Of a stretch of DNA of 64,000 bases, positions 46,788 through 57,754 are shown piece after piece; the stretch's first letter is position 1; each line of letters opens with the position of its first letter. Origin of the DNA: Candidatus Caenarcanales bacterium (GTDB lineage Bacteria > Cyanobacteriota > Vampirovibrionia > 2-02-FULL-35-15). The stretch is taken from positions 140,012 through 204,011 of the forward strand of contig JAGVKQ010000020.1 in assembly GCA_020050435.1 (NCBI GenBank), written 5' to 3'. The position numbers and the translations under genes are program-made. The notes under the pieces are model-generated. The model ran no database searches. It was not told the origin of the DNA and worked only from the letters and a program-made list of their open reading frames with translations.

Positions 46788-47677
46788 GAATTACCCTTAC
46801 ATGAATCACCCCTATTCAATGGTCTACCCAAAACACTTTTCATAAACATTGACGCTTCAGTTAGTTTGTTCAAATCAACTCCACTTTTTACATTAACCGT
46901 ATTCAAGAAATTAACCAAATCTTCAGTGGCTAGATTCCCACTGGCACCTGGAGCATAAGGACATCCACCTATACCTCCACTAGATGAATCAAATGTCGTT
47001 ATTCCAAGATCTATTCCAGCAGCAACATTAACTAAAGCATTATTATAAGTATCGTGAAAATGAAGTGCTATTTTTTCTTTTGGTATCGTGTTCAACAAAA
47101 ATCCCACTGTTTCATAAATATCATTAGGTAGTGCAGATCCTATGGTATCTCCTATAGAAACTTCATCTACACCCATATTTAAAAGTTCATTTGTGACTTC
47201 TAAGACTTTTTCTTTATTAACTTTTCCATCAAATGGACAAATAAAACAAGTAGAAATATAACCTCTTACACTTAAGCCTTTTTCCAATGCAAGTTTCACA
47301 ACAGGTTTATAGTTTTTAATAGATTCTTCAATAGTCATATTTATATTTTTTTTATTAAAAGTTTCACTTGCAGCTGTAAAGATAGCTATTCTTTTTATTT
47401 TTGTTTCAAGAGCTCTTTCAAGACCTTTTATATTAGGTACTAGAGCAGAGTAAGTAGGCTTTAAATCTATGGCTTCAATGACTTCTTTAGCATCAAAAAG
47501 CTGGGGAATGTTTTTAGGGTTCACAAACGATGTTAGCTCAATATTTTCAAGCCCACTTTCAATTAGCTTTTTTATATAAGTAATCTTATCAGCTGTTGAA
47601 ACAATGGTTTTTTCATTTTGTAGACCATCGCGTGGACCGACTTCTACAATTTTTATGGATTTAGGAGATGGTTTCAT
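46784..47677 (-). CDS. hydroxymethylglutaryl-CoA lyase
   Basis: VEVGPRDGLQNE signature. TIM-barrel length 297 aa. Confidence 0.8.
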   Translation of the reverse strand: MKPSPKSIKIVEVGPRDGLQNEKTIVSTADKITYIKKLIESGLENIELTSFVNPKNIPQLFDAKEVIEAIDLKPTYSALVPNIKGLERALETKIKRIAIFTAASETFNKKNINMTIEESIKNYKPVVKLALEKGLSVRGYISTCFICPFDGKVNKEKVLEVTNELLNMGVDEVSIGDTIGSALPNDIYETVGFLLNTIPKEKIALHFHDTYNNALVNVAAGIDLGITTFDSSSGGIGGCPYAPGASGNLATEDLVNFLNTVNVKSGVDLNKLTEASMFMKSVLGRPLNRGDSCKGNS

Positions 47678-47712
47678 TGTATTACCTTAGGGAGACTTGC
47701 CATGGCAAGTCT

Positions 47713-48477
47713 TTACAGCGTCCACTTCGGTTTGCGTTTTTCAAGAAATGCTTTCATGCCTTCCTGACCTTCTTTAGATATGCGACACTTTGAGATATAT
47801 TCTTTAGAAACATCTAATGCATCATTTATTTCCCTATCCACTACATCTCTAACTAATTTTTTACATGCAGAGACTGCCTCGGGTCCATTTTCTAAAATAG
47901 TGCTTACCAGCTCATTTACCTTCATATCCAAGTCTTTCACCACTTCATTTACAAGCCCTATTTCTTTTGCTTTATTTGAATCAAATCTTTCACTAGTCAA
48001 AAAGTATCTACTAGAATTTGAAAATCCTACTTTTTTTACTACAAAAGGAGAAATTACTCCTGGCACTAGTCCTATTCTGACTTCACTAAGTGCAAAAAGA
48101 GCTTCATCTTTAGAAATAGCAATATCACAGACACTAATTAAACCTACGCCACCACCAAATGCACTTCCCTGTACTTTAGCAATTATAGGTTTAGAACAAT
48201 CATAAATAGTCTTAAACATTTGCCCAAGAACTTCAGCATCTTTTAAATTTTCTTCATAAGATGCATTAACCATGGATTTCATATAGTTCAAATCTGCACC
48301 AGCACAAAAAGACTTTCCTTCTGCAGCTAAAACTACTACTCTTACATTTTTATCTTTATCAAGATCTAAAAAAATCTTTGTAAGTTCAGCTATCATTTCA
48401 GGAGAAAGAGCATTATGAACCTCTGGACGATTTAATGTCACCGAAGCAACTTGATTATTAATATCTAATTTAATCAT
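47713..48477 (-). CDS. enoyl-CoA hydratase (methylglutaconyl-CoA hydratase by context)
   Basis: Crotonase fold. AAEGKSFCAGADL oxyanion-hole motif. Confidence 0.75.
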   Translation of the reverse strand: MIKLDINNQVASVTLNRPEVHNALSPEMIAELTKIFLDLDKDKNVRVVVLAAEGKSFCAGADLNYMKSMVNASYEENLKDAEVLGQMFKTIYDCSKPIIAKVQGSAFGGGVGLISVCDIAISKDEALFALSEVRIGLVPGVISPFVVKKVGFSNSSRYFLTSERFDSNKAKEIGLVNEVVKDLDMKVNELVSTILENGPEAVSACKKLVRDVVDREINDALDVSKEYISKCRISKEGQEGMKAFLEKRKPKWTL

Positions 48478-48612
48478 TCTTATATATTAACCTAAACCTT
48501 AAAAAGATTTAATCTTAATGACTTTAAATCTTTATTTTATGTTTAGATTTGCTATTGAAATCCGTTAATAAATAAGTTTACTATGAATTATATAATCTAA
48601 AAAAAAATAACC

Positions 48613-49122
48613 ATGTCAGATTTTCCCATATTTAAAACCCTATTACTTCTTAACAAACCTGGAGTAAACTCTTTTGCAATTAAGCTTGCAGAAAGCACAA
48701 GACTCAGAGAAGAAGGTATTAAAGATGGAATGGCTGATGAAATACGATTACGAGGGGTTGGAGCCTCATTAAATGAATCACCAGATTTTGTTTCATCTAG
48801 AGCAATAGAAAAAAGCCAAAGATCCCAAGCCATACTGTTAGAAATAATTAAGGGTGAACTATATAAAACTTTAACTGAGGAGAAATTTACATCTGCGATA
48901 ATAAGACATTCTGCAGGAATCAAAGAACTATTAACAAGTAATGAGGTTAGCTCGGATGATTTAAGAGCCCTATCTGAATTTTATACTAGTATTTCTAGAG
49001 AATTAATAAACGTAGATGATCCAAGTGAATTAGACAAAATAGCTTTATTAAAAGCTATAGAACTCCTAGACGTAGCAACTGTTTTAAACTCAATAATTAG
49101 AGAATCAAACTCTACATCCTAA
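48613..49122 (+). CDS. hypothetical protein (169 aa)
   Basis: Preferred over the overlapping minus-strand 48597-48923 ORF on length and composition. No motif. Confidence 0.35.
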   Translation: MSDFPIFKTLLLLNKPGVNSFAIKLAESTRLREEGIKDGMADEIRLRGVGASLNESPDFVSSRAIEKSQRSQAILLEIIKGELYKTLTEEKFTSAIIRHSAGIKELLTSNEVSSDDLRALSEFYTSISRELINVDDPSELDKIALLKAIELLDVATVLNSIIRESNSTS

Positions 49123-50763
49123 AAACACCCATTCCTTTTTCAGGATATGGTGCATTTAATGAAGCTGAAATTGAATGTGCTAAAACTTCTCTCGTGTCTG
49201 CTGGATCTATAATTCCATCATCCCATAATCTCGCTGTAGCATAATAGGCAGAACTTTCTAAAGCATACTTTTCAAGGGTAGGTTTTTTAAACTCTTCTTC
49301 TTCTTCTTTAGTCATAGGAGGTAAACCTTTAGCTGCTAACTGATCTTTTTTAACTGTAAGTAAAACACTGGCTGCTTGCTCTCCACCCATCACAGATACT
49401 CTGGAGTTAGGCCATGCCCAAATCATTCTAGGTCCATAAGCGCGCCCACACATAGCATAATTTCCAGCTCCGTGAGATCCACCGATAATCACAGTAAACT
49501 TTGGAACAGCGGCATTTGCTACTGCCTGAACCATCTTGGCTCCGTCTTTAGCTATTCCACCAGCTTCAAACTGTTTTCCCACCATAAAACCTACTATGTT
49601 TTGTAAAAAGACAAGAGGAATTTTTCTCTGATCACAAAGCTCTATAAAATGTGTAGCTTTTAAAGCACTTTCACTAAATAAGATTCCATTATTTGCAATG
49701 ATACCCACTGGATAGCCTTTTATTCTGGCAAATCCACATACGATAGTTTTTCCATAAAGAGCTTTAAATTCCTGAAACTCACTTCCATCTACTAAACAAG
49801 CAATAACTTTTTTACATCATATTGTCTTCTGGTATCTTTAGGAATAATTCCATAAATTTCTTTTGAATCAAAAAGAGGACCCATTGGATGTCTTATATCT
49901 ATTTCTGTTTTCTTTTTAAGATTTAAATTATCAACTAATTTTCTGGTTATGTTTATAGCATCTTCATCATTTTCAGCATAGTAATCAGTTACACCTGAAA
50001 TTTTACAGTGAACATCAGCCCCACCAAGATCTTCAGCTGTGACCTCTTCACCAGTAGCTGCTTTTACTAGTGGTGGTCCACCTAAAAAAATTGTTCCTTG
50101 GTTTTTAACAATAATAGCCTGATCACTCATAGCAGGAACATAAGCACCACCTGCAGTGCAAGATCCCATAACTACTGCTATCTGAGGGATTCCAGCTGCT
50201 GACATTTTTGCCTGGTTGTAAAAGATCCTTCCAAAATGTTCTTTATCAGCAAACACTTCTGACTGAAGTGGTAAAAATGCTCCACCGGAATCCACCAGAT
50301 AAATACATGGAAGATGATTATCCATAGCAATTTCCTGAGCTCGCAAATGTTTTTTTACAGTAAGGGGGTAGTAAGTTCCTCCTTTAACCGTGGCATCATT
50401 AGCAATAATAATTATTTCTTTCCCATGGATCAAACCAATACCAGTAATTATTCCAGCAGAAGGAGCATCGTTATTATAGACATCACAAGCAGCAAGAGAA
50501 CTAAACTCTAAAAATTTAGAACCTACATCAATTAACTTTTCAATTCTTTCTCTTACAAAAAGTTTTCCTCTACTTTTATGCTTTTCAAGTAAATCTTTTC
50601 CGCCACCCAATTTTGTAATTTCAAGTCTTGCCTTAAATTCAGAAATTAAACTTTCCATGAAAGATTTATTCTCTTGGAAAGAGGGGTCAGATGAATTAAT
50701 ATTTGGTGTTAAAACAGCCATAGAAAAATTGATGGTTAATAGTTGATTGTTTAGAACAACCAA
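49112..50763 (-). pseudogene. methylcrotonyl-CoA carboxylase carboxyltransferase (beta) subunit, interrupted by a -1 frameshift near 49794
   Basis: N-part 49792-50763 and C-part 49112-49708 are both carboxyltransferase-domain proteins. Restoring one A in ttaattgcttgtttagtagatgg would give continuous ...[43 protein letters not shown]. Confidence 0.7.
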
Positions 50764-50850
50764 TATACTAAAATATACCCTTAATTATAACGTTCTTTGC
50801 AAAAGAATTTCAAATTTTTAGTAAGATAATAGTCTCTAAGGATAAAAATT

Positions 50851-51990
50851 ATGGATTTTTCACTAAATAAAGATCAAATATTACTTCAAGAAACTATTAA
50901 AAACTTTGTAGAAAAAGAAGTCAAACCAAAAGCTAAAAATTGGGATGAAAAAGAAGAAGTCCCTTTAGATGTAATTAAAAAATTAGGTGACATGGGAATT
51001 ATGGGAATGAGTGTAAGTCATGACTATGACGGCTCAGGATTAGATATGATTTCTACAGCTCTGGTTATAGAAGAATTAGCTAAAGGTGATGGATCGTTAG
51101 CACTTACAATCGCTGCTCATAGTGGACTAGCATGTGGACACATATCCAGATTTGGAAGTGAAGAACAAAAGAAAAAATATTTACCTGACATTGCTAGTGG
51201 AAAAAAACTAGGCGGGTGGGCACTCACTGAACCCGGCTCAGGATCAGACGCCAGTGCATTAAAGACAAAAGCTGTAAAAAATGGAAATGACTGGATTTTA
51301 AATGGAACAAAGATGTTTATTACTAACGCTACTGTCGGTGAAACGTTTACAGTATTAGCTTCTACAGAACCTGAAAAAAAACAAAAAGGCATTACAGCAT
51401 TTATTTTAGAAAAAGGTGACAAAGGTTTTAAAGCAGGGAAAAAATTAGAAAAAATGGGAATGCGATCCTCTGATACTGGGGAATTGATTCTTGAAGATGT
51501 AAAAATTCCTGACACTAGAAGATTAGGAAATATAAATGAAGGTTTTATAAATACCCTTATGATGCTGGACAAAGGAAGAATAGGCATAGGAGCACTTTCA
51601 TTAGGATTAGCTGAAGGAGCATTAGAAGAGTCACTTAAATACGTAAATCAAAGAGAAACTTTTGGAAAACTTTTAAAAGAACATCAGGCAATAGATTTTA
51701 TGTTGGCGGATATGAAAGTAGAAATAGAAGCTGCCAAGTTATTAATAATGAGAGCTGCTTCTTTAGCTGATGCAGGAAAACCATATACATTGGAAGCATC
51801 AATTGCTAAACTATACGCTTCTGAAATGGCAATGAGAGTATGTACTAAGGCTATTCAGATACATGGTGGATATGGCTATACAAGAGAGTTTCCAGTAGAA
51901 AGAATGTTAAGAGATGCCAAGCTCTGTGAAATAGGTGAAGGCACTAGTGAAATACAAAGACTTGTTATTTCAAGAGAAATGTTGAAATAA
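50851..51990 (+). CDS. acyl-CoA dehydrogenase (isovaleryl-CoA dehydrogenase by context)
   Basis: 379 aa. GGWALTEPGSGSDA and C-terminal catalytic Glu region ...CEIGEGTSEIQRLVISRE. Confidence 0.8.
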   Translation: MDFSLNKDQILLQETIKNFVEKEVKPKAKNWDEKEEVPLDVIKKLGDMGIMGMSVSHDYDGSGLDMISTALVIEELAKGDGSLALTIAAHSGLACGHISRFGSEEQKKKYLPDIASGKKLGGWALTEPGSGSDASALKTKAVKNGNDWILNGTKMFITNATVGETFTVLASTEPEKKQKGITAFILEKGDKGFKAGKKLEKMGMRSSDTGELILEDVKIPDTRRLGNINEGFINTLMMLDKGRIGIGALSLGLAEGALEESLKYVNQRETFGKLLKEHQAIDFMLADMKVEIEAAKLLIMRAASLADAGKPYTLEASIAKLYASEMAMRVCTKAIQIHGGYGYTREFPVERMLRDAKLCEIGEGTSEIQRLVISREMLK

Positions 51991-52060
51991 TATCTTTTCT
52001 TTCAAACCTTAAATAAATTTAATTTGCTTATTTTATAAAACATATATAATAAACCGGATT

Positions 52061-52483
52061 ATGTATCCCATAGACAGAATCCCAAAAATGACTATCCATC
52101 ATCGTAATTATGATAAGGTATATCTCCATTTTGGTGATGGCAAATTAAGCGGTGATAGTAGTAGTTATTGGGTTTGGACATTTAACATATTAATTTCAAA
52201 CACTTCAGGCTCAAGATTAAAATATGATATAGCAACAATAGCACTTAGACTTGATACTACCTCTAAAAAAGTTGCAGTAACAGCAGTAAATAGAAATCGT
52301 GTGTTTATTATAGATACCCTTGTAAAGTTAGTAGCAAATAATAAAACAGAGATGGAAAAACCATCTCATATCGCTGCTAAATTAGGAGGAGATAGCGAAG
52401 CTAAAGAATATGAGTTCACTCTTCGAATTACAGACACACCAAACCTAAGAGATAAATTAAAAGAGCGTGGATTAATCAAGTGA
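52061..52483 (+). CDS. hypothetical protein (140 aa)
   Basis: ORF only. Confidence 0.3.
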   Translation: MYPIDRIPKMTIHHRNYDKVYLHFGDGKLSGDSSSYWVWTFNILISNTSGSRLKYDIATIALRLDTTSKKVAVTAVNRNRVFIIDTLVKLVANNKTEMEKPSHIAAKLGGDSEAKEYEFTLRITDTPNLRDKLKERGLIK

Positions 52484-52497
52484 ATTATTTAAAGAAA

Positions 52498-52845
52498 TTA
52501 TGTGGGTAAATAAACTGTTCTTTCAAGAGGCAGACTATTTATAGGCATAGAGCAAGTCCATTCTAAAAGGGGAGGGCTAGATGAACTGGTAATCGCTAAA
52601 TATGATCTTTCAGTATGAATAGGAATTTCACTAGCAGCATTCACATTTACATCTAAACTATTTCCATTTTTAGCTATATATAGACTTACTTTATTACCAA
52701 TAGCATAATCATGCATTCCAGTAGTATCTATCTCTAAAAAACGTTTACCTTCAAAAATGCGATGAGTAAGTCTTGCGTGATCTCCAACATATATGGATTT
52801 GCCTGGTTGTATTCTAAGAACTGGCATAAAAAAAGAATAAAACAA
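52498..52845 (-). CDS. hypothetical protein (about 109-115 aa)
   Basis: ORF only. Confidence 0.3.
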   Translation of the reverse strand: MFYSFFMPVLRIQPGKSIYVGDHARLTHRIFEGKRFLEIDTTGMHDYAIGNKVSLYIAKNGNSLDVNVNAASEIPIHTERSYLAITSSSSPPLLEWTCSMPINSLPLERTVYLPT

Positions 52846-52982
52846 TTTTGTATTTTAATGCTAAATGTTAATTATTCTTTTCTAATCTTAGGGAGTAATA
52901 CAATTTAATAGATTAATTTATTTTAATGTTTCATTACTCTAATTAACTAAATAATATAATTATTTATGATTAAAGGATAAAT

Positions 52983-53498
52983 ATGACACATGTTCCACCA
53001 TTAGATGCACTAGCTAGAACACCTGCAAAGTTAATTGAAATAAAAAAAGATCCCATAGAATTCACAATTGGGAATAATGGTAGTGCTTTAGATATTCAAT
53101 TAGCCAATTTCAGAAGAAACAATCCTCATTTTAATGGGCATATTGTCTGGCAAAGTGATATTAATTCCGTCCATAATGGACGCATCATAAAAATTGGGAC
53201 CTTACATTTAAATTTACCGACCAGGAATAACACTATTTTATTAAGAACTTTAAGTAGTGATGTAAATATTGAAATAATGGGAGATATATTAGTGGAGCAA
53301 CTAGGAAAAGTGTGCACTCAAACACCATGGAATAGATATCTGTATCGCAAGGAAAGAAGTTGTTATGATGGCGATAGATTTAAAATGTCAATGACTCTTG
53401 ATGAGCCATTTTTTACAAGAATGCTATTCGTTAAAAAAGGTACTATAGCTACTCCTATTGATCAACTTTCCTTCAAGTCCCCTTCAGTTTCAGTATAA
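52983..53498 (+). CDS. hypothetical protein (171 aa)
   Basis: ORF only. Confidence 0.3.
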   Translation: MTHVPPLDALARTPAKLIEIKKDPIEFTIGNNGSALDIQLANFRRNNPHFNGHIVWQSDINSVHNGRIIKIGTLHLNLPTRNNTILLRTLSSDVNIEIMGDILVEQLGKVCTQTPWNRYLYRKERSCYDGDRFKMSMTLDEPFFTRMLFVKKGTIATPIDQLSFKSPSVSV

Positions 53499-53557
53499 AA
53501 AATACAGCTTTCATAACTTTTCTCTCTCTTTTCCTATAAAAATGGAATAATTTAAAT

Positions 53558-55312
53558 ATGAAATTTTTAATCATCGGTGCATCTGGTTTAGTAGGTAATG
53601 CTCTTCTTCAAGAAGGGAAAAAATTAAATCATGAAGTTTTAGGCACTTACTTAAAAAATAAAAGAGAAGGTCTAACTTATTTAGATTATGGAAATAAAAA
53701 AGAAGTAAAAACTCTTATAGATAATTTCTCCCCTGATGTTATTTTATGCCCAGCAGCAAATCCAAATGTAGACTGGAATGAAGAAAATCCTAAAGAGGGT
53801 TGGAATAACAATGTCCAAAGTTTAAACAATCTTCTTGAAATTGTTTCTGATAAAAATATAGATTTTGCTTTTTATAGCACTGATTATTTATTTGATGGGA
53901 AAGATGGTCCTTACTCAGAAGATGTTACTCCTAATCCTATTAATGTATATGGAAAACAAAAGCTTGCTGCTGAGACCCTTGTTAAAAGCTATCTTCCAGG
54001 AAAAAATTATATTTTCAGAACAACTTTAGTTTTTGGGTATGAATTTCAAGGTAAAAATTATGCCTACTCTGTAGTAAAGAATCTTTCATCAAACAAAGAA
54101 ATCAAAGCAGCAAATGATTTATGCGCCACACCCACATATGTCAAAGACATAGCTAGATTTACCTATGAAACCATAAAAAGAAAAACGTATGGCACTTATA
54201 ATCTTGCCAGCAATGATTTTATAAGTAGGTTTGACTTTGCAAATAAAGTAGCAGAAGCTTTTAATTTAAACAAATCTTTAATATTACCCACTACGTATAA
54301 AGAAATGAATGTAAAAACTCAAAGACCATTAAAAGGTGGATTAACCAATAAAAGAATAACTGAATTAACAGGATTGCAATTCACTAGCTTAGAAGATGCT
54401 CTTAAAGACATGAAAAATGATGTGGGCGCGAGCAGGCGAGGTTTGCAAACCTCGCCTGACTTGCCAAGACAAGTCTCAACATCAAAGATTTGTATTTTCA
54501 TTCCTTGTTATAATGCCACCATTACATTACCGAAAGTTTTTGAAAGAATACCAAAAGAAGTAAAAGAAAAAGTAGAAGAAGTATTTGTCATTGATAATGA
54601 CAGCTCTGATTCTACATATTTAATGGCTATAGGATATAGAGAGAAAAAATCTGACATAAAGAATTTAAAAATCTTTAAAAATGAAAAGAACTTTGGCTAT
54701 GGCGGCAGCCAGAAAGTAGCATATGCTCATGCTATAAAAAGCGGATATGACATGGTAGTGATGCTACACGGTGATGCACAATATGCTCCTGAAAAACTTC
54801 CTATAATGATACAAAAAATGGAAGAAGATCCCTCTATTGATTTACTTTTTGGGTCAAGAATGAATGGTGATCCTCTTAAAGGTGGAATGCCATTTCACAG
54901 GTTCTTAGGAAACAAAGCACTAACTTTCATGCAAAACTTTTTGCTCAGAACAAATATCAGCGAGTTTCACTCTGGTTATAGAATATTTAGAACATCAGCT
55001 CTAAAAAAAGTCCCATTTCATCTTTGTAGCAGTGATTACCATTTTGACACTGAGGTAATTATATTATTTATTAAAAACAAATTAAACATAGCAGAAGTTC
55101 CTATAGACACTCATTATGGAGATGAAAAAAATTATGTGAAGATTTGGCAGTATGGGCTAAATGTTCTTATAGCGACATTAGCTTTCTTTTTATATCAAAA
55201 AGGAATTAGAAAATTATTTAACTTTAATTTAGAAAAATATGAGATGTATAAAGAGAACGTAGAAGCTGATGTTGAAAAAATAACTAAAGATTTCAAAAGT
55301 GAACAATATTAG
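53558..55312 (+). CDS. fusion protein: N-terminal RmlD-like NAD(P)-dependent 4-ketosugar reductase domain plus C-terminal family-2 glycosyltransferase (polyprenyl-phosphate GT-like) with C-terminal TM
   Basis: MKFLIIGASGLVGNAL Rossmann start and RmlD-like length. After the linker GASRRGLQTSPDLP: ICIFIPCYNAT ... VIDNDSSDST ... GT2 motifs. The linker is encoded by a GC palindrome (54435-54475). Confidence 0.6.
   Translation: MKFLIIGASGLVGNALLQEGKKLNHEVLGTYLKNKREGLTYLDYGNKKEVKTLIDNFSPDVILCPAANPNVDWNEENPKEGWNNNVQSLNNLLEIVSDKNIDFAFYSTDYLFDGKDGPYSEDVTPNPINVYGKQKLAAETLVKSYLPGKNYIFRTTLVFGYEFQGKNYAYSVVKNLSSNKEIKAANDLCATPTYVKDIARFTYETIKRKTYGTYNLASNDFISRFDFANKVAEAFNLNKSLILPTTYKEMNVKTQRPLKGGLTNKRITELTGLQFTSLEDALKDMKNDVGASRRGLQTSPDLPRQVSTSKICIFIPCYNATITLPKVFERIPKEVKEKVEEVFVIDNDSSDSTYLMAIGYREKKSDIKNLKIFKNEKNFGYGGSQKVAYAHAIKSGYDMVVMLHGDAQYAPEKLPIMIQKMEEDPSIDLLFGSRMNGDPLKGGMPFHRFLGNKALTFMQNFLLRTNISEFHSGYRIFRTSALKKVPFHLCSSDYHFDTEVIILFIKNKLNIAEVPIDTHYGDEKNYVKIWQYGLNVLIATLAFFLYQKGIRKLFNFNLEKYEMYKENVEADVEKITKDFKSEQY
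54435..54475. repeat. GC-rich double hairpin ggcgaggtttgcaaacctcgcc plus gacttgccaagacaagtc at the domain junction
   Basis: Perfect 22-bp palindrome followed by a 6-bp-arm hairpin. About 65% GC in a 30% GC gene. Confidence 0.7.
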
Positions 55313-55839
55313 ACATTGAAATCAGAATAGTTTTTATCTTTTTCAGAAATTATAGGCTCTGAGAAAATCCAATTAATGTTAAAAGCTTTATCATTCCATC
55401 TAACTCCAGCATAGGTATCAGCATTAAATGGCACTGACATATGATAAACAACTTCAGTTTTATCTTCTAGAGTTTGATATCCATGAGCAAATCCTTCAGG
55501 CAAATAAATCATTTTATATTCATTTGCTTTTAAAGTTACTGAATACCATTTCTTAAATGTAGGAGACTCTTTTCTCAAGTCTATAATCACATCATATATA
55601 GAACCACTAGTACATCTAACTAGTTTCCCTTCTTCATGAGGTTTTTTTTGATAGTGCATTCCTCGCAACGTCTCTTTTTTTTCATTAAAAGCAATGCTAA
55701 TTTGTGACAAGTTTGGATTTAAGCCCTGTTTTTGAAAATCCTCTTTACAAAAATAACGTGCAAAGAAGCCACGATCATCAGACACTTTCTCAAGCTCTAT
55801 AAGAAAAGCACCTTTTAAAGGAGTCTCAATGAATTTCAT
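55309..55839 (-). CDS. dTDP/CDP-4-keto-6-deoxyhexose 3,5-epimerase (RmlC-like cupin)
   Basis: 176 aa. RGMHYQ and FVPEGFAHG-type blocks (ours LPEGFAHGYQT). Confidence 0.7.
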   Translation of the reverse strand: MKFIETPLKGAFLIELEKVSDDRGFFARYFCKEDFQKQGLNPNLSQISIAFNEKKETLRGMHYQKKPHEEGKLVRCTSGSIYDVIIDLRKESPTFKKWYSVTLKANEYKMIYLPEGFAHGYQTLEDKTEVVYHMSVPFNADTYAGVRWNDKAFNINWIFSEPIISEKDKNYSDFNV

Positions 55840-56938
55840 GCTTACACTCTATATTTTCATACTTATTTATTTGCTCTAACGTAATTTTTTTCATATCACA
55901 TTTGTTTTTATAAGCATCATACCAATCAGCAGTAAAAGAAATAGCTTCTTCTACTGATAATGCCTGCTGCCAATTAAGCACAGTATTTGCTTTTGTACAA
56001 TTCAGTTTTAATAAACTGGCTTCATGGGGATTAGAATCTGTATCAATTCTCCAGTCTAACTTTCCACCTTTTTCTTTCCAGCGTTTAGAAAATTCTTCCA
56101 CAACCCACTCTACAGTTTTAACATCATTGTCTTTCGGACCAAAATTCCAACCTTCAGCATATTCAATGCCATTTTCATAAAGCTTTTGAGCTAGAAGCAA
56201 ATAACCACTTAGAGGTTCTAATACATGCTGCCAAGGACGAGTCGCTTTAGGATTTCTGATTTTTAACTCTTTGTTAAAAATACCAGCCCTAACCATATCT
56301 GGAACGACTCTATCATTAGCAAAATCTCCACCACCAATTACGTTTCCAGCTCTTGCAGAAGCCAAAGCCACTTTATGCAATGAATAATATTTAGGGTTGA
56401 AAAATGATTGTCTATAAGCGCTAGTCACGAGTTCTGCACAACCCTTACTGCTAGAGTATGGATCATATCCTCCCATAGAATCATTTTCTTTATATCCTAT
56501 ATCCAAACCTTTGTTTTCATAACATTTATCTGATGTAACAATGACAACAGATCGAACAAAATCAACTTTTCTAATAACTTCTAAGACATTTGCAGTTCCA
56601 ATAACATTGCTCATATAAGTTTCAAGAGGATTTTTATATGACTCTCTAACCAAGGATTGTGCTGCCATATGAATTATTATTTCAGGCTTATTTTCATTTA
56701 TTACTTTATTTAAATTTTCAAGATCTAAAATGTTTCCTATTATCGAATCAATCTCATTTTTCAATGAAATAATTTCATACATATTAATTTCAGTAGGGGG
56801 TTTTAAAGAATAGCCAATTACATTTGCACCTAATTTTTTCAACCAAAAAGAAAGCCAAACACCTTTAAACCCTGTATGTCCGGTAATGAGGACTTTCTTG
56901 CCTTTCCAGAAATTTAAATTATCTACCATACTTTCCAT
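55826..56938 (-). CDS. rfbG: CDP-glucose 4,6-dehydratase
   Basis: [14 protein letters not shown] Rossmann. YSSSK catalytic motif. 370 aa. Confidence 0.75.
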   Translation of the reverse strand: MESMVDNLNFWKGKKVLITGHTGFKGVWLSFWLKKLGANVIGYSLKPPTEINMYEIISLKNEIDSIIGNILDLENLNKVINENKPEIIIHMAAQSLVRESYKNPLETYMSNVIGTANVLEVIRKVDFVRSVVIVTSDKCYENKGLDIGYKENDSMGGYDPYSSSKGCAELVTSAYRQSFFNPKYYSLHKVALASARAGNVIGGGDFANDRVVPDMVRAGIFNKELKIRNPKATRPWQHVLEPLSGYLLLAQKLYENGIEYAEGWNFGPKDNDVKTVEWVVEEFSKRWKEKGGKLDWRIDTDSNPHEASLLKLNCTKANTVLNWQQALSVEEAISFTADWYDAYKNKCDMKKITLEQINKYENIECKHEIH

Positions 56939-57690
56939 GGAGCTTTATTTGATTCCCAAAGTGAATTTAATAAATTCTTTTCTCTAAGAGTATCCATAGC
57001 TTGCCAGAAACCAGAATGTTTATAAACTGAAAGTTGACTCTCTTTAGCAAGCTTTTCAAGCGGTTCTCTTTCCCAGTTTGTATTGTCATCTGCTATATAA
57101 TCAATTGTTTTTGGTTCAAGGATAAAAAACCCACCATTAATCCAGCCACCCTCACCATCTGGTTTTTCAATAAAACTAGTAACTTTTTCATTTTCAATAT
57201 CCATATAACCATATCGTCCAGGAGGTTGTACTGCAGTTACAGTAGCTAATTTTTTATGTTTCTTATGAAAATCAATTAACTCTTTTATATTTACATCACT
57301 TACACCATCTCCATACGTAAAACAAAATGGTTCATTATCTAAAAAATTTTTTACTCTTTTAAGTCTTCCGCCAGTACCTGTAGTTTCACCAGTATCTACC
57401 AGTGTTACTTTCCATGGTTCAGAATGCTTTTCATGAATTTCCATTTTATTATTTTGAATATCAAAGGTAACATCTGATGTGTATAAAAAATAGTTTGCAA
57501 AATATTGCTTAATCATAAAAGATTTATATCCACAACAAACTATAAAATCATTTATTCCATGGGTTGAATAAATTTTCATAATGTGCCATAAAATCGGCAT
57601 ATGACCAATTTCAACCATTGGTTTTGGTTTAATATAAGTTTCTTCTGATATTCTGGTTCCTAAGCCACCAGCTAAAATTACTGCTTTCAT
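56923..57690 (-). CDS. rfbF: glucose-1-phosphate cytidylyltransferase
   Basis: [18 protein letters not shown] nucleotidyltransferase motif. 255 aa. Confidence 0.8.
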   Translation of the reverse strand: MKAVILAGGLGTRISEETYIKPKPMVEIGHMPILWHIMKIYSTHGINDFIVCCGYKSFMIKQYFANYFLYTSDVTFDIQNNKMEIHEKHSEPWKVTLVDTGETTGTGGRLKRVKNFLDNEPFCFTYGDGVSDVNIKELIDFHKKHKKLATVTAVQPPGRYGYMDIENEKVTSFIEKPDGEGGWINGGFFILEPKTIDYIADDNTNWEREPLEKLAKESQLSVYKHSGFWQAMDTLREKNLLNSLWESNKAPWKVW

Positions 57691-57754
57691 GAAAGTTCTC
57701 TAGTTATATTATTACCCAAACAAGTGCTTTTTAGCTTACAATTATCTGTAGTTT

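Noticed and set aside
48597-48923. 108-aa minus-strand ORF overlapping the 48613-49122 plus-strand ORF
   Set aside because: The plus-strand ORF is longer and less biased. Only one can be real. Neither has a recognisable motif, so both remain low-confidence.
51117-51587. 156-aa minus-strand ORF inside the acyl-CoA dehydrogenase gene
   Set aside because: It is antisense to a strongly supported CDS.
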